The translations under genes and the position numbers were made by a program. Shown here piece after piece: positions 1-12,040 of a DNA stretch of 64,000 nucleotides. Numbering within the stretch: the first letter of the stretch is position 1; each line of letters begins with the position of its first letter. Location of the stretch: positions 345,216,001 through 345,280,000 of the forward strand of contig OZ024742.1 of the NCBI GenBank assembly GCA_964016885.1, given 5' to 3'. The stretch is from Eledone cirrhosa (taxonomy: Eukaryota). Under the pieces are notes generated by a model, which saw nothing but the letters and a program-made list of their open reading frames with translations, was not told the DNA's origin and did not search any database.

Positions 1-2342
1 GAGATGGTGGTGGACCTCAATCCCTACCTCGATGGCTTGCTGCAACTCTCGACGGTTGACGCTGGGCGCTGCGAAAGGCCAATTACTTCAGCCGAGATTC
101 AGGATGCCCTTGTCGGCTGCATGAGGCGCAAGTCACCCGGTTTGGATGGTCTGCCCTACGAGCTTTACGTAAATATGCCAGACTTGTTCTCCAATCTCCT
201 CGAAGCCCTCTACTGCAACTGGCAGCAAACGGGAGTATTCCCAGTTCTGTGAGCCGGGCGTAGTGACGCTGATAAGGAAAGACGAGAACAAGAGGGACAC
301 ATTAGACAATTTCAGGCCCATAACTCTGCTCAATACAGAGTTTAAGATTTTGGCCAGGGTGTTAGCGAAGACGTTGGCGCTTGTCGTCGGGGATTTGGTT
401 GAGGAGGCGCAAACTTGCGCAATCTCAACCAGGTCCATACACGACAACCTCCACATAATGCGATACATCATAGAGAGGGTGGGTGTAAACCTGGCTTCGG
501 TGGGGCTCTGATCAATTTAGATCAATCGAAAGCATTTGATAGGGTCGACCATCGCTACCTGGAGGCTGTCCTCAAGGCGGCTGGCCTCGGCCCCGTCTTC
601 AGAAGCTGGATCGCTGCAATGCACAAAGGCACCTGCTCGATGGTCAAAATTAATGGCCACCTCTCGGAACCGTTTCAGGTCTCCCGATCGGTCTGTCAAG
701 GGTGCCTTCTCTCCTCCGTTCTGTACGTATTGACTCTCGAGCCTTTACTGCGGAAGCTGACGCTGTTGCAGGGCATCCCGCTCGAACCGGGACGCGGAAA
801 GGCTGTGTCGGCTTATGCGGAAGACATCACCGTGATTGTGTCGGACACCTCAGAAATCGAGGTGGTTGGCAACTTATTGGAGGAATATGAAAGGTTGACG
901 TGAGCAAAACTTAACCCGGAAAAGACTGGGTTTGCAAATCGGCACCTGGAGAGGAAAGTCCATGTCGTCCAACAGCGTTGTTAGGCGCTGGACGGACGGA
1001 CTGGTAAAGTTGCTAGGGGTTTGGTTCGGGCCAAACCTGCAGGTGGATAAGAATTGGGACGAGGTGACGGGAAGGGTAGTCAGTCTCACCCAGAAATGTG
1101 CTGAGATGAAGCTATCACTGAAAGGTCGGGCGGAGGTTGCGAACGCGTACATCGCGTCCGTCATCTACTACCGTCTGACCGTCGTCCCTTGCCCCCGTTC
1201 GCGCCTCGCCATCTTGGAGCGGCTCCTCTTCAAATTCTTGTGGAGGGGTCAGGTTCCGCTGGTGAGGTGGTCCATCTGCTGCCAGCACCCTCTACTTGGA
1301 GGGCTGGGCATGCCGTGGCTAATGATGCGCAGGCACGCGCTGAGGCTGCGGCATCTCCAGATATTCTGCCTAAACGGTGAACAGGTGTAGTCGCCGTTTG
1401 TCAGACGGGCCATTCCGCAGCTCGTTTCTTTGACTGAGTTGCAGTCCTGGGTCAAGAAGAGACCGAGACTGGGTGACTGGCATCTGGAATATTGCCAGGC
1501 ACTCACTGCCCTCTACCAGGCGGGTAATGCGGTCAGTGATATTTCCACTCTCGCGTTCTATAGAGGATTAGTGGTGGGCAAGTGCGACGACGCACTCAGA
1601 GAGGCTCTGGGAGTCAACGAAGTCGAACTAACCAGTCTGTACCGGAGGACTTTCTAGCCGGGGACGATGGATAATTTCCAAAAATCCCTCGCTTGGCAGT
1701 GCTACCGGGGGGCACTACCGGTTTGAGATAAACTCTACAAGCACGGAAGTGCTGTCAGACGGACCTGCCCGAGATGCACGCAGAGCGACGAAACCGTACT
1801 GCACGCACTCGTCCAGTGTCCGTGCATTACTGACTTTTTCCTCTGTCTGGTGGCAGTAGCGAAAGAGGTTGTATGGTGGACGAGGTTGAAAGGACTGAAG
1901 ACAGACACTTTTCTCTTCGGCCAATCCCTCATCAACTTTTTCAAGTTTCACTTGGAAGGAAGGTGAGGGTGGAGAGAGAAGTGCTGCCCCCCAGTACATT
2001 TGCTGAAAGGTGGGTGAATGTGGCGAGAATGGCCCGTGTGAGTGGGCCTACTCTGGTCATGCGGCAGTAGGTAGGTAAATTTGAAGAGGAAAGGGGTGCC
2101 CATCCAGGGTGCTCTCGAAGCGTCGGGTCGTTCAGGACTGGTGGGGTACCTGAGCGAAACCTAGGTGGTCATCCCCCCTATTGGGGAATTTTTTCTTGTA
2201 ATTTTCTTGTTACTTTATTGTTACTTTGTTATTGTTACTTTGTTTATTCATATTGTTTACTCGATTTTTCTGTAAAACCCCACTGTCCCAGTCTTTTGTA
2301 TTGTCCCCTATATGTCGGCCCTTGTGGCCAATAAATGAAATC
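1..2342 (+). mobile_element. Tx1/L1-clade LINE, 3' part, degraded (RT + C-terminal zinc finger + 3'UTR)
   Basis: Frameshifted ORFs show RT motifs KSPGLDGLP, NFRPITLLN, LDQSKAFDRV, QGCLLS, YAED and KLLGV, then CPRC..HALVQC. The element ends GGCCCTTGTGGCC-AATAAA-TGAAATC followed by (ATT)n. Confidence 0.93.
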
Positions 2343-2441
2343 ATTATTATTATTATTACTTTCAAAGTAATAATAACAATATATATATATATATATATAT
2401 ATTCACACACACACATACATATATATACATATATATACATA

Positions 2442-2498
<57 letters not shown>

Positions 2499-2856
2499 GA
2501 ATATGACTTTATGAATAGATGGCGGTCTGTTTTGATTTCCAGACCTCTATTTCTCTATTTAAATGTTCAGTTATTTGTCGACATACACACTTAACTGTAA
2601 TTTGTTTGGTTTCATTTATAATGAATTTGAAGAACTGTAGAAAGTGATATTTGAAAGGGATAATAGAATTATGAAAACGGCTAGCAGCTAACTAATCTAA
2701 ATTTTGATGTTGGACACTGCTAATGGCCTGCATGATATTAGATAAATCAAATATAATTTTGGCGTTAACATTGTTCGCATCGATGTTCATATGTCATAGG
2801 TTTTGGCTTATATTAAATGTAACTGTGTTCGTAAAGTATATTTGATTTTCTAATTT

Positions 2857-3395
2857 CGTCTTTTATATAAAAGAGCGGCTTGTTACTTTTGTTATTTTGC
2901 TGTTTATATTAGAGAGCGACTTGTTAATTTTGTTATTTCTCCTTTTATATTAAAGAGTTGCTTGTTAATTTTGTTATTTTGCCTTTATTTTGAAGAGCTG
3001 CTTGTTAATTTTTTTATTTTGCCTTTCATATTGAAGAGCTGCTTGTTACTTTTGTTATTTCTCCATATTTTGCCTTTTATATTGAAGAGCGGCTTGTTGC
3101 TTTTGTTACTTTGCCTTTTATATTGGAGAGCGGCTTGTTAATTTTGTTATTTTGCCTTTTATATTGGAGAGTGGCTTGTCAATTTTGTTATTTTGCCTTT
3201 TATATTGGAGACGGATTGTTAATTTTGTTATTTTGCCTTTTATATTGAAGAGCTGCTTGTTAATTTTGTCATTTTGCCTTTCATATTGAAGAGCTGCTTG
3301 TTACTTTCGTTATTTCTCCTTCTATGTTAGAGAACGGCTTGTCAATTTTGTTATTTTGTCTTTTATATTAGAGAGAGACTTGTTAATTTTGTTAT
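2857..3395. repeat. 41-bp minisatellite, about 13 copies
   Basis: Unit is approximately TTGTTAATTTTGTTATTTTGCCTTTTATATTGGAGAGCGGC; TATTGGAGAG recurs at 3121 and 3162. Confidence 0.9.
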
Positions 3396-3562
3396 GAACG
3401 TCAGTCTTTCTAAACGTATGACAACACCATTTTGATTTCCTTTCATTATCTACATTTTCTTAATTTCGCTATTGTTAAGGATTGTCTTTGCATGAAAACC
3501 TTTGACCAATGGATTGTGAGTATAAAAGTGGAAGCAGAAACGTAAAACTGCTGTAGCCCGTC

Positions 3563-3600
<38 letters not shown>

Positions 3601-3603
<3 letters not shown>

Positions 3604-4111
3604 GATAAATCTACCAAAAGTTTACGGTAGTGTCCAATCCGTATGAAGAACTCAATGTAATCCGGATATCATGAAAAGAAGAGATGCATTCAAAAATCAC
3701 TTTCGGTGAAAGATAAACGGAATACAGAGTCAAGATAAATTATTAAAAAAATAATGAATAAACAAAGAAACAGTTCCTTATATTAAACAAAAAAAGTTCA
3801 TTATTTTACGATCGTTTCTAGGACATATATGTGTTAGAATTGGTATGCATATTCAAAAGATCTATGTACAAAATTATACAAACTATCAAAGAGAATATAC
3901 ATACCTTCACATATATATGCTGTCTTCAGAAATAATGTGAAGGTATGTATATTCTCTTTGATAGTTTGTATAATTTTGTACATAGATCTTTTGAATATGC
4001 ATACCAATTCTAACACATATATGTCCTAGAAACGATCGTAAAATAATGAACTTTTTTTGTTTAATATAAGGAACTGTTTCTTTGTTTATTCATTATTTTT
4101 TTAATAATTTA
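3601..4111 (-). mobile_element. Penelope-like pLTR remnant with inverted duplication, bounded by (TA)n
   Basis: 3601-3900 matches the 3' end of the Penelope element at 35758-36035. Arms ~3735-3912 and ~3935-4111 are inverted copies. Confidence 0.8.
3799..3937 (-). ncRNA. Type I hammerhead ribozyme with ~100-nt stem II
   Basis: Minus strand reads CATTATTT-CTGAAGA-[long hairpin]-GAAA-CGATCG-TA-AAATAATG. Stem I is 8 bp, loop III is palindromic and the cleavage triplet is GUA. Confidence 0.8.
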
Positions 4112-4165
4112 TATATATATATGTATATTAGTATCGGTGCCCTGAGATAGCGATGTATGTATGAA

Positions 4166-4350
<185 letters not shown>

Positions 4351-4882
4351 CCCATTGCTAATTTTTGCGGGAAAACCTAATTTTAAAATATAATATAAAA
4401 CCCAAATTTCCAGACTCTGGTTGATCTCGTGTCTTTATGCTTGCCCTTACTTTAGCGGTTCGAAAAAATAAATACTGACGTCGATTTGGTTGACTACATG
4501 AAGTCAGTGCCCCAGCATAGCCGCATTCTACTTACTGAAACATGTAGAATTATTAAAGAACAAATTGATTTCTTTCATAGAGGAACATTTGGCGAATAGA
4601 AAACCAGTGAAGTAATTTCTATCCCTACCTCAGGTAATCAGTTGATCAAGCATTACCATGTGATCAGCTTTGTATTTTGTGAAAGCCTGTGGTAAGGATA
4701 TTGACTCGCAATCACGAAAACATGGGTTCGATCCCCTGCAGCGCGTTCTGTTATCAAATAAGACATTTAATTTTACGCTGACCAGTTCATGCAGCTGCCA
4801 TAAAACGTAATGAAGCTGTAATTGAAATAACTTCTTTTCTCATACAGTGTTTCACAGCGAGTTTCCCTAAGTATGTTATGAA

Positions 4883-5380
4883 TCTAAACTATAATAAAGC
4901 AAGGAGTGCGGGACTGCGTCCAGAATATATATTTTTTATCCCGTTTGTAAAATAAATTGGATTACTTTGAATAAATAATGTATGAATGTTACATAATTTA
5001 TCTACTTAATTTCGTTATTCTTGATTAAATATAAATAATTTTGTTGCTTATTTTAAGATTCACTTCTTTAAATTTTCAAATGTCAACACTTCCGGTTAGC
5101 GATCGCTTAAATAAACATTCATATATTTCCGTCATTAATTTTCTCCTTATGTAGTTTATATATAATATCGTCTTTTTTTAATGTATCATGGATTACGTTA
5201 CTGATTACATAAGAGAGTGAAACGCAGTCTTCGTTCAATTTCTGTGTATATTGTCAGTTACGATTTTATTTGATGTATCATATCTACATGCATATATACT
5301 TGCATAATATATACTATAATATCAATATGCACACTACACAAGCTAAGAGAAAACCACTCGAAGGCTGGTTTTTCTGCTAG
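4883..5380 (+). mobile_element. Non-autonomous Helitron, deletion derivative of the 26132-31579 family
   Basis: A|TC start and a subterminal hairpin followed by CTAG|T. Its 5' ~200 bp resemble 26132-26550 (minus the SINE) and its 3' ~200 bp resemble 31390-31579. Confidence 0.8.
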
Positions 5381-5417
5381 TACATGTAACTGTGGAATAC
5401 TGAACCACTTGTACGAC

Positions 5418-5642
5418 AATTTCACGAGTAAGCTGGTCTTCAAAGAACTGGAACACTCATCGCTTAAACTGACGAATTCCAACACATAATACATGAAAAA
5501 ATAAGACAACGCAAAAGAAACCACTCGCACGTTAATTTCACGAGGAAGCTGTTCCGTTCTTCAAACAACTGGAACGCTCATCGTCTAAACTGACGAAGAT
5601 CCAACACAATGCATGAAACAAAAATCAGACAAAGTAAAAGAA
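5418..5642. repeat. Tandem direct duplication, ~115-bp unit, 2 copies
   Basis: AATTTCACGAG..CAAA.AACTGGAAC.CTCATCG..TAAACTGACGAA..CCAACACA occurs at 5418 and 5534. Confidence 0.75.
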
Positions 5643-6109
5643 GCAGTATACAAGCTTGAATAATTTGGTCAATATGTCTCGAGGCTAAACATTTAACAAA
5701 GCAATAATATTTCGTGACAAATGGTCTGATTTTCTGTTAAGAAATTTCAGTTTCATTGTAGATAAGACATATGATTTGAGTCTATTATCAAATATGTGAT
5801 AGACTGTGATACACGAGTTTTGTCGTGTTGACTGACTCTAGGCACTTTGTATGCAAAGAAACTATTTACAAGTTTAAATCGCCAGTTACTTCAATACGAC
5901 TTTCTGTTCTCTTCATCGTTGATGTTGAGTTGGAACAGCAGCTCAATATTGAACTTGTCACATTCTGGAGCAAAGAGAAATAAAGTGTTCGGTTCAAAGA
6001 TACAACGCGCAGCCGGGAGTCAAACTTACGACCTTACGCTCGTGCGTTAATCACCCTAACCACAAATTCACGTGCTTTAACAAATCGGTTGGGTTATTTG
6101 GTTACATAT

Positions 6110-7460
6110 AATGGTTTCTAATTTAGGCACAAGGGCAGCAGTTTTGGGGGAAGAAAAGTCGATTAAATCGATCTCCGTGTGTTACTGGTACTTTATTTAA
6201 TCGATCCCATCAGATGAAAATATTTGACTACATATAATGAATACGGAAAGACGGATAATTGACCAAGTCGTCAGAACGTCGGATAGAATGACTTTTAGTA
6301 TTCGTTCCAGCACTCTGGGATCTGAGTTCAGAACTCACCAAGGTCAACTTTTCCTTTAACTCATTCAAGGTCGATAAAATGGGTATAACTCTAGTACTGG
6401 GGTCAGTTTTTCCACTATATCTTCTCTCCCTGTCACTCCTTCTATACAAGAAATCTACTGTATTTATTGAAAAGAGATGGACATCGGTAGGTTAAAAGTG
6501 TTCAAGTTACGCCACATATCACGACAGTGCCCCCTACAACTCCATCTGAAACGACGAGTACATAGATACCATAATAATGGTCCTTGATTAGGCCCAGGAA
6601 CAACAATTTGGGGGAGGGAACATCGATTAAATCTATCCTAATGTGTTACTAGTACTTTATTTTACTGACCCCGTAGGATGAAATTCATTGCTAACTTCGA
6701 TGGGATTTAAACGTAAAGCGCCGTAACATACCAAAAATAATTGCTTCTACTTTTGGCACAAGGCCAGCAATTCACCAGTACATTACTGGTACTTTATTTT
6801 ATCGACCATGGAAGGATGAAAGGCAAAGTTAACCTGTACGGGATTTGACCTCAGATCGTAATGGGAGGTAGCTATGCTAGATAACATGGCGTCCGACCCT
6901 CTACTGATACTGCCAATTCACCGCCCTAACATACCAAAAATAATGGTACCTGATTTAAGCACAAAGAAAACAGTTTGGGGGAGGGGAAACTCGATTAAAT
7001 CGACACGTGTGCTTTATTGCTACTTTATTTTATCGAACTATAAGGATGAAAGACAAGGCTAACTTCGACTGGATTTGAACTCTGAAAGCAAAGAGGCATA
7101 CCTCCTGCATAATTCATTCTTCCCATCTCATTTCGGCAATATGAGATATTGGGATCTCTCTGGAGTTTCGGCTAAATTATTTCATGTGCGAACGAAATAA
7201 TCATCCGTGAAAATGAAATTCATTGCTAACCTCGATGGCATTTAAACTCAGAACGTAGAGCGCCGTAACATACCAAAAAATAATTGCTTCTACTTTTAGC
7301 ACAAGGCCAGCAATTATCCCAGTGCATTACTGCTACTTTATTTTATCGACCCCGTAAGGATGAAAGGCAAAGTTAACCTCGACTGGATTTGAACTCTTAA
7401 ATCAAAGAGCCATACCTCTATGTCGTCAAGAATGTAGTCCAACACTCTACCATTACTGCC
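6110..7460 (-). mobile_element. Cluster of nested or tandem tRNA-derived SINE copies (at least 5)
   Basis: Repeated GGCACAAGGCCAGC..TACTGGTACTTTATTTTATCGAC..GATGAAAGGCAAAGTTAAC. The copy at 6742-6926 has an 18-bp TSD TAACATACCAAAAATAAT (6724-6741 / 6927-6944). Confidence 0.85.
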
Positions 7461-7702
7461 AAATACGGTTGTGTTAATGAGAGTAGTAAGGTGTTTAGTT
7501 CTTTTTTAAACTCCATCTGCCGGATGAATGATCTGGCACTTTCGACATATGTAAACTATATATACACAGTTTCATCATACATACACATCACACACACTCA
7601 CATCACACAGACACACACATCACACTTCACACACACACGCGTGTGTGAGTCTGTGTGTGTGTGCATGTGTGTATGCGTGCGCTCGTTTGTGTGCGTGATG
7701 TG

Positions 7703-7804
<102 letters not shown>

Positions 7805-7944
7805 GTATGTGTGTGTTTGTGTGTGGTGCTGTGTAATGAGATATAAATGAATAGATTTTACTTTAAATAATCTATAAAAATTCCTCCGGACATGATGTCT
7901 AATTCTTCACGGGCTTGCCAATATCTGTCAGCACATATTCTCTG

Positions 7945-8276
7945 GTAGTAGTAGTAGTAGTAGTAGTAGTAGCAGTGGTAGTGGTGGTGGTGGTGGTGGT
8001 GGTAGCAGCAGCAGCAGTAGTAGTAGTAGTAGTAGTAGTTGTTGTAGAAGCAGCAGCAGCAGTAGTAGTAGCAGTAGTGGTGGTGGTGGTGGTAGCAGCA
8101 GTAGTAGTAGTAGTAGTAGTAGTGGTAGTGGTGGTGGTGGTGGTAGTAGTAGCAGCAGCAGCAGCAGCAGTAGTAGTAGCAGTAGTGGTAGTGGTAGTGG
8201 TAGTGGTGGTGGTGGTAGTAGCAGCAGTAGTAGCAGTAGTAGTAGTAACTAGTGAGTGAGTGAGTGAGTGAGTGAG
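7945..8276. repeat. Compound trinucleotide microsatellite (GTA/GTG/GCA)n plus (GAGT)n
   Basis: Direct reading. Confidence 0.95.
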
Positions 8277-8453
8277 TTTGCCCATCCGAGGCAAAGTCCT
8301 GACCAATTGCTCAGCCATACAAGTCAGCCCTCTATACATTAATGTTGTCCAAGGGAACGGCTATGCCTCAGTGTCTTTGCAGCTTACATATACGTAATAT
8401 ACAAAATACATATATATGTATCTAAAATACATATGTATGTTCTTTTGGATTCA

Positions 8454-9417
8454 TCTACTTATATATATAACCAGCAATTTCTCTGTCTGTCTGTCCGACA
8501 GTGGAAACACGTGCGTAGAGAGAGAGTGAGAGTGAAAGAAAGAGACAGACTACGAGAGGGGGATAGCGGGAGGGAGAGAGGGAGAGAGAGAGAGTGAGTA
8601 GACGCTAAAACACGTGCTACAGAAATATTACCTTCCCCTTCTTTTCTCCACTTTGGTACTACCAAGAGAAACACTGTCGCTATAGAAGCTTTGCCTTCCC
8701 CTCTCCACTGACTTTGGTCACTGAGGCCGAGGGAATCGCTGGTTGCTATAGAGACACCTTGCAAAAGCCAGAAGTAACCAGTTCGAGGCGGTTCTGACTT
8801 GACACCATGAGAAGAAGGTTGCCATTGAATTTGTGGTTGTTGCTGCTGATAATAAGGACTATTTGAAGAAGGTTGCTGCTGATGAGGTAATTTATTAATC
8901 AGATTGCGCAGTTCCATAACCTTTGATTTGTTCATAACGTTTGATTTGTTCAATTTTTTTCTTCAATTTTTTTTGTTGTTTTTTTTTTTATTTCTTATTG
9001 AAAAAATATAAATAATAAAATAAGGTTAGAAATTTAAATACAATTAAATACGATTTAATTTCCATTTCCAGCAGCCAATGTCCAGTGTTCAATTTCATGA
9101 AAAAATTGAAGTTTAACTTTTGAACATTTGTTTTGACAATAAAAAAATATTTCCTTATTCACACCTTATGATTAAAATTTCATAGGAATATTTTTTTCTA
9201 ACCGCCAGTTATTTATTTTCTCCTTTTTCGTTTTATCATATATTTATTTCAAAGATTTCACCGTATAGATAACATATATATTTATACATGCATAAAAGAC
9301 ACATCGAGTGACGGTGAACATGTGGTACCGAAAACATTTCTCATCCAAATCTCAACAATATCAGTATATACACTAGATTTGCTAGCAGAAAACCGCCCAC
9401 CGGGTGGTTTTCTGCTA
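8454..9417 (+). mobile_element. Non-autonomous Helitron
   Basis: A|TCTACTTATATATATAA start. The end has hairpin GCAGAAAACCGCCC-ACC-GGGTGGTTTTCTGC then TA, followed directly by the TC start of a related copy at 9418. Confidence 0.75.
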
Positions 9418-9709
9418 TCTCCTTATAATATATAACCAGCAATTTCTCTGTCTGTCTGTCCGACAGTGAAAACACGTGTGCGCGTGGTTGCTATCTCTCT
9501 CTCTCGCCAGCTATCCCTCTCTTTTAGTCTGTCTGTTTCTCTCACTTTTCACTCTTTCTCTTTGTAACACACTAACATTCATCCCCTCTATCGCTGTGAC
9601 GAATGAGGAGATGGAGGAGGAGGAGGAGGAGAGAGTCACTTCGTCACTTCGTCACTTCACCTCTGCCTTTCTTTCTCTCTCCTCTCACTCCCTCATTACG
9701 TACAGACAT

Positions 9710-9906
9710 TAGGGCGGTGTGGATTGGCAGAATCTGTAGAGAGTCAGACACCATGCTTCATAGCATGGAGTTACGTCCCTTTACGGTTTGAGTTCAAATA
9801 CCGCCAAGGTTAACTTTGCCTTTCATCCTCACGGGGTCGATAAAATAAAGTACCAGTAATGTACTGAGTAATTGCTGGCCTTGTGCCAAAAGTAGAAACA
9901 ATTATT
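9710..9906 (+). mobile_element. tRNA-derived SINE
   Basis: GGGCGGTGTGGATTGGCAG head, B-box-like GAGTTCAAAT, core GCCTTTCATCCT.ACGGGGTCGATAAAATAAAGTACCAG (resembles the Meta/MESC SINE domain as I recall it), and tail GGCCTTGTGCCAAAAGTAGAAACAATTATT. Confidence 0.88.
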
Positions 9907-10096
9907 AGAAACATTGCTTCATTTTTACATATCTAAGCATTAGTAAAATAACTAATAATTTCAAAAGTAATTTTTGAATTCCAATTGTTATGAACAGCAA
10001 AACATTAATAATAATTTTGTTCTAAGAAATATATATACATTTCTGTGTGTGTAATATATATATACACAAAGAAATATATATACATTTCTGTGTGCG

Positions 10097-10151
<55 letters not shown>

Positions 10152-10154
10152 GAA

Positions 10155-10931
10155 ATATATGGGCATTTCTCTGTTTGTCTGTCTGTCTGTCTGTCTGTCC
10201 TTCCCTAAAACTCAAATGTAGGTGCTACAGAAATATTACCTTCCCCTTCCTTTCTCCACTTTGGTACTACCAAGAGAAACACTGTCGCTATAGAAACATT
10301 ACCTTCCCCTCTCCACTGACTTTGGTCACTGAGGCCGAGGGAATCGCTGGTTGCTATAGAGACACCATGCAGAAGCCAGAAGTAACCAGTTCGAGGCGGT
10401 TCCGACTTGACACCATGCCAAGTCTACTTATAATATATAATGGGCATTTCTCTGTTTGTTTGTCTGTCTGTCCGTCTGTAAAAAATGCCAAGGAAACAAA
10501 TAGACGCGGTTTCAAATCTCTATGCTTTTCAAATTCATTACATTAATCTTTATACGTTTCGCTTTAAGAGTGTTTCGACTTACGAGTGTTTCGGCTTACG
10601 AGTGTTTCGGCTTATCATTATATATAAACGTTTCTATTTCCATCGTTTTATCGTAAACGTTTATATATTTCCATCGTTATATCATAACGTTTATGTATCA
10701 TAACGTTTATATTTCCGTCACTAATCTCTTTTTCTCCTTTTTCGTTTTAACATATATTTATTTCAAAGTTTCACCGTATAGATAACATATATATTTATAC
10801 ATGCATAAAAGACACACCGAGAGACGGTGAACACGTGGTGCCGAAAATATTTCTCATCCAAATCTCAACAATATCAGTATATACACTAGATTTGCTAGCA
10901 GAAAACCGCCGACCGGATGGTTTTCTGCTAG
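10155..10931 (+). mobile_element. Two tandem non-autonomous Helitron copies (~10155-10422 and 10423-10931)
   Basis: 10220-10417 duplicates 8612-8809 and 10730-10930 duplicates 9215-9417. There is a TC start at 10423 and a hairpin plus CTAG at 10928-10931. Confidence 0.75.
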
Positions 10932-11837
10932 TCTATATATATATAAAACTGAGGATGTCTGTCTCTGTGTGTGTGAGCTCGAATCCATAAAACTCGAGAA
11001 CCACCCAACCGACTGTTTTCAAACTTTACACATGTAATACTTATGTGTCAGGGAGTGTTCTAAGCAAAGACAATTTCAAATTATCTATGCCCTAGGGACC
11101 ACATTAGGCGATTTAGCGATCTCGCTCTATAATTCTTAGTCTTTCTCTTTTTAGATAGATACATACTTATAACGTCGTGCCCCTATAATATATGTCTGTA
11201 TGTATGGCTGTCTGCATTACGTCACTTCTTTGAGATGTGTGTGTGTGTGTGTTTGAATCCCTAAAACTCGAGAAGTTCCCAACCGATTTTTTTCAAACTT
11301 TACATGCGTATTACTTATGTTTCAGGGAGTGTTATGCAATAAAAATTCAACTTCTGTTATCTCCTAGGGCTCGCATTAGGTGAAAAACTGCGTTGTTTAA
11401 CATTTTTAGGGTTTTTTTAAGGCGTTACGTCAGACCGATTTCATTGAAATTGTAACTATGTATTAGTCAGTCTCTTCTTCATACCGTAAGGAAAGAAAAT
11501 CCAACTTTCTTATGGCCTAGGGCCCATATTAAGTGAAAAACTTCATTTCTTCAGCTTCTTAGGGCTTTTTGGAGGCGTTACGTCTAGCCGATTTTCCCTC
11601 AATTTCAAGGCATATTATGCACATAAAAAAAATTCATTTTTTTGATCCCCTAGTGTCCGCATTAGGTAAAAACCTGCATTTTTCATGCTTCATCGAGGAA
11701 AATCTTAAAAATTATCCAACCATCAGAGTATTCGGTTTATTTTCTTTACATATTGTCCAGGCATGCAATTTTTAGGTCTATTGGCGGCCCGCGTTCCAAA
11801 ATACCTTATCCCGTGCAACTCCGGGTACCACTGCTAG
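10932..11837 (+). mobile_element. Non-autonomous Helitron (second family)
   Basis: TCTATATATATATAAAACTG start directly after the preceding CTAG, internal ~250-bp imperfect repeats, and a 3' CCCGTGCAACTCCGGG hairpin followed by CTAG|T. Confidence 0.82.
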
Positions 11838-11849
11838 TTATTTTATAAA

Positions 11850-12040
11850 AGGGCGGTGGATTGGCAATATCGGTAGAGAGTCGGACGCCATACTTTCCAG
11901 CATAGTTACGTCCCTTTACGGTCTGAGTTCAAATCCCGCCGAGGTTAACTTTGCCTTTCATCCTTACGCGATCGATAAAATAAAGTACCAGTAATACACT
12001 GGTATAATTGTTGGCCTTGTTCCAAAAGTAGAAACAAATT
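11850..12040 (+). mobile_element. tRNA-derived SINE, full length
   Basis: Same consensus as 9710-9906. Confidence 0.88.

Noticed and set aside
7899-8339. Poly-Thr / poly-Val ORFs
   Set aside because: They are translations of a trinucleotide microsatellite with no other coding signal.
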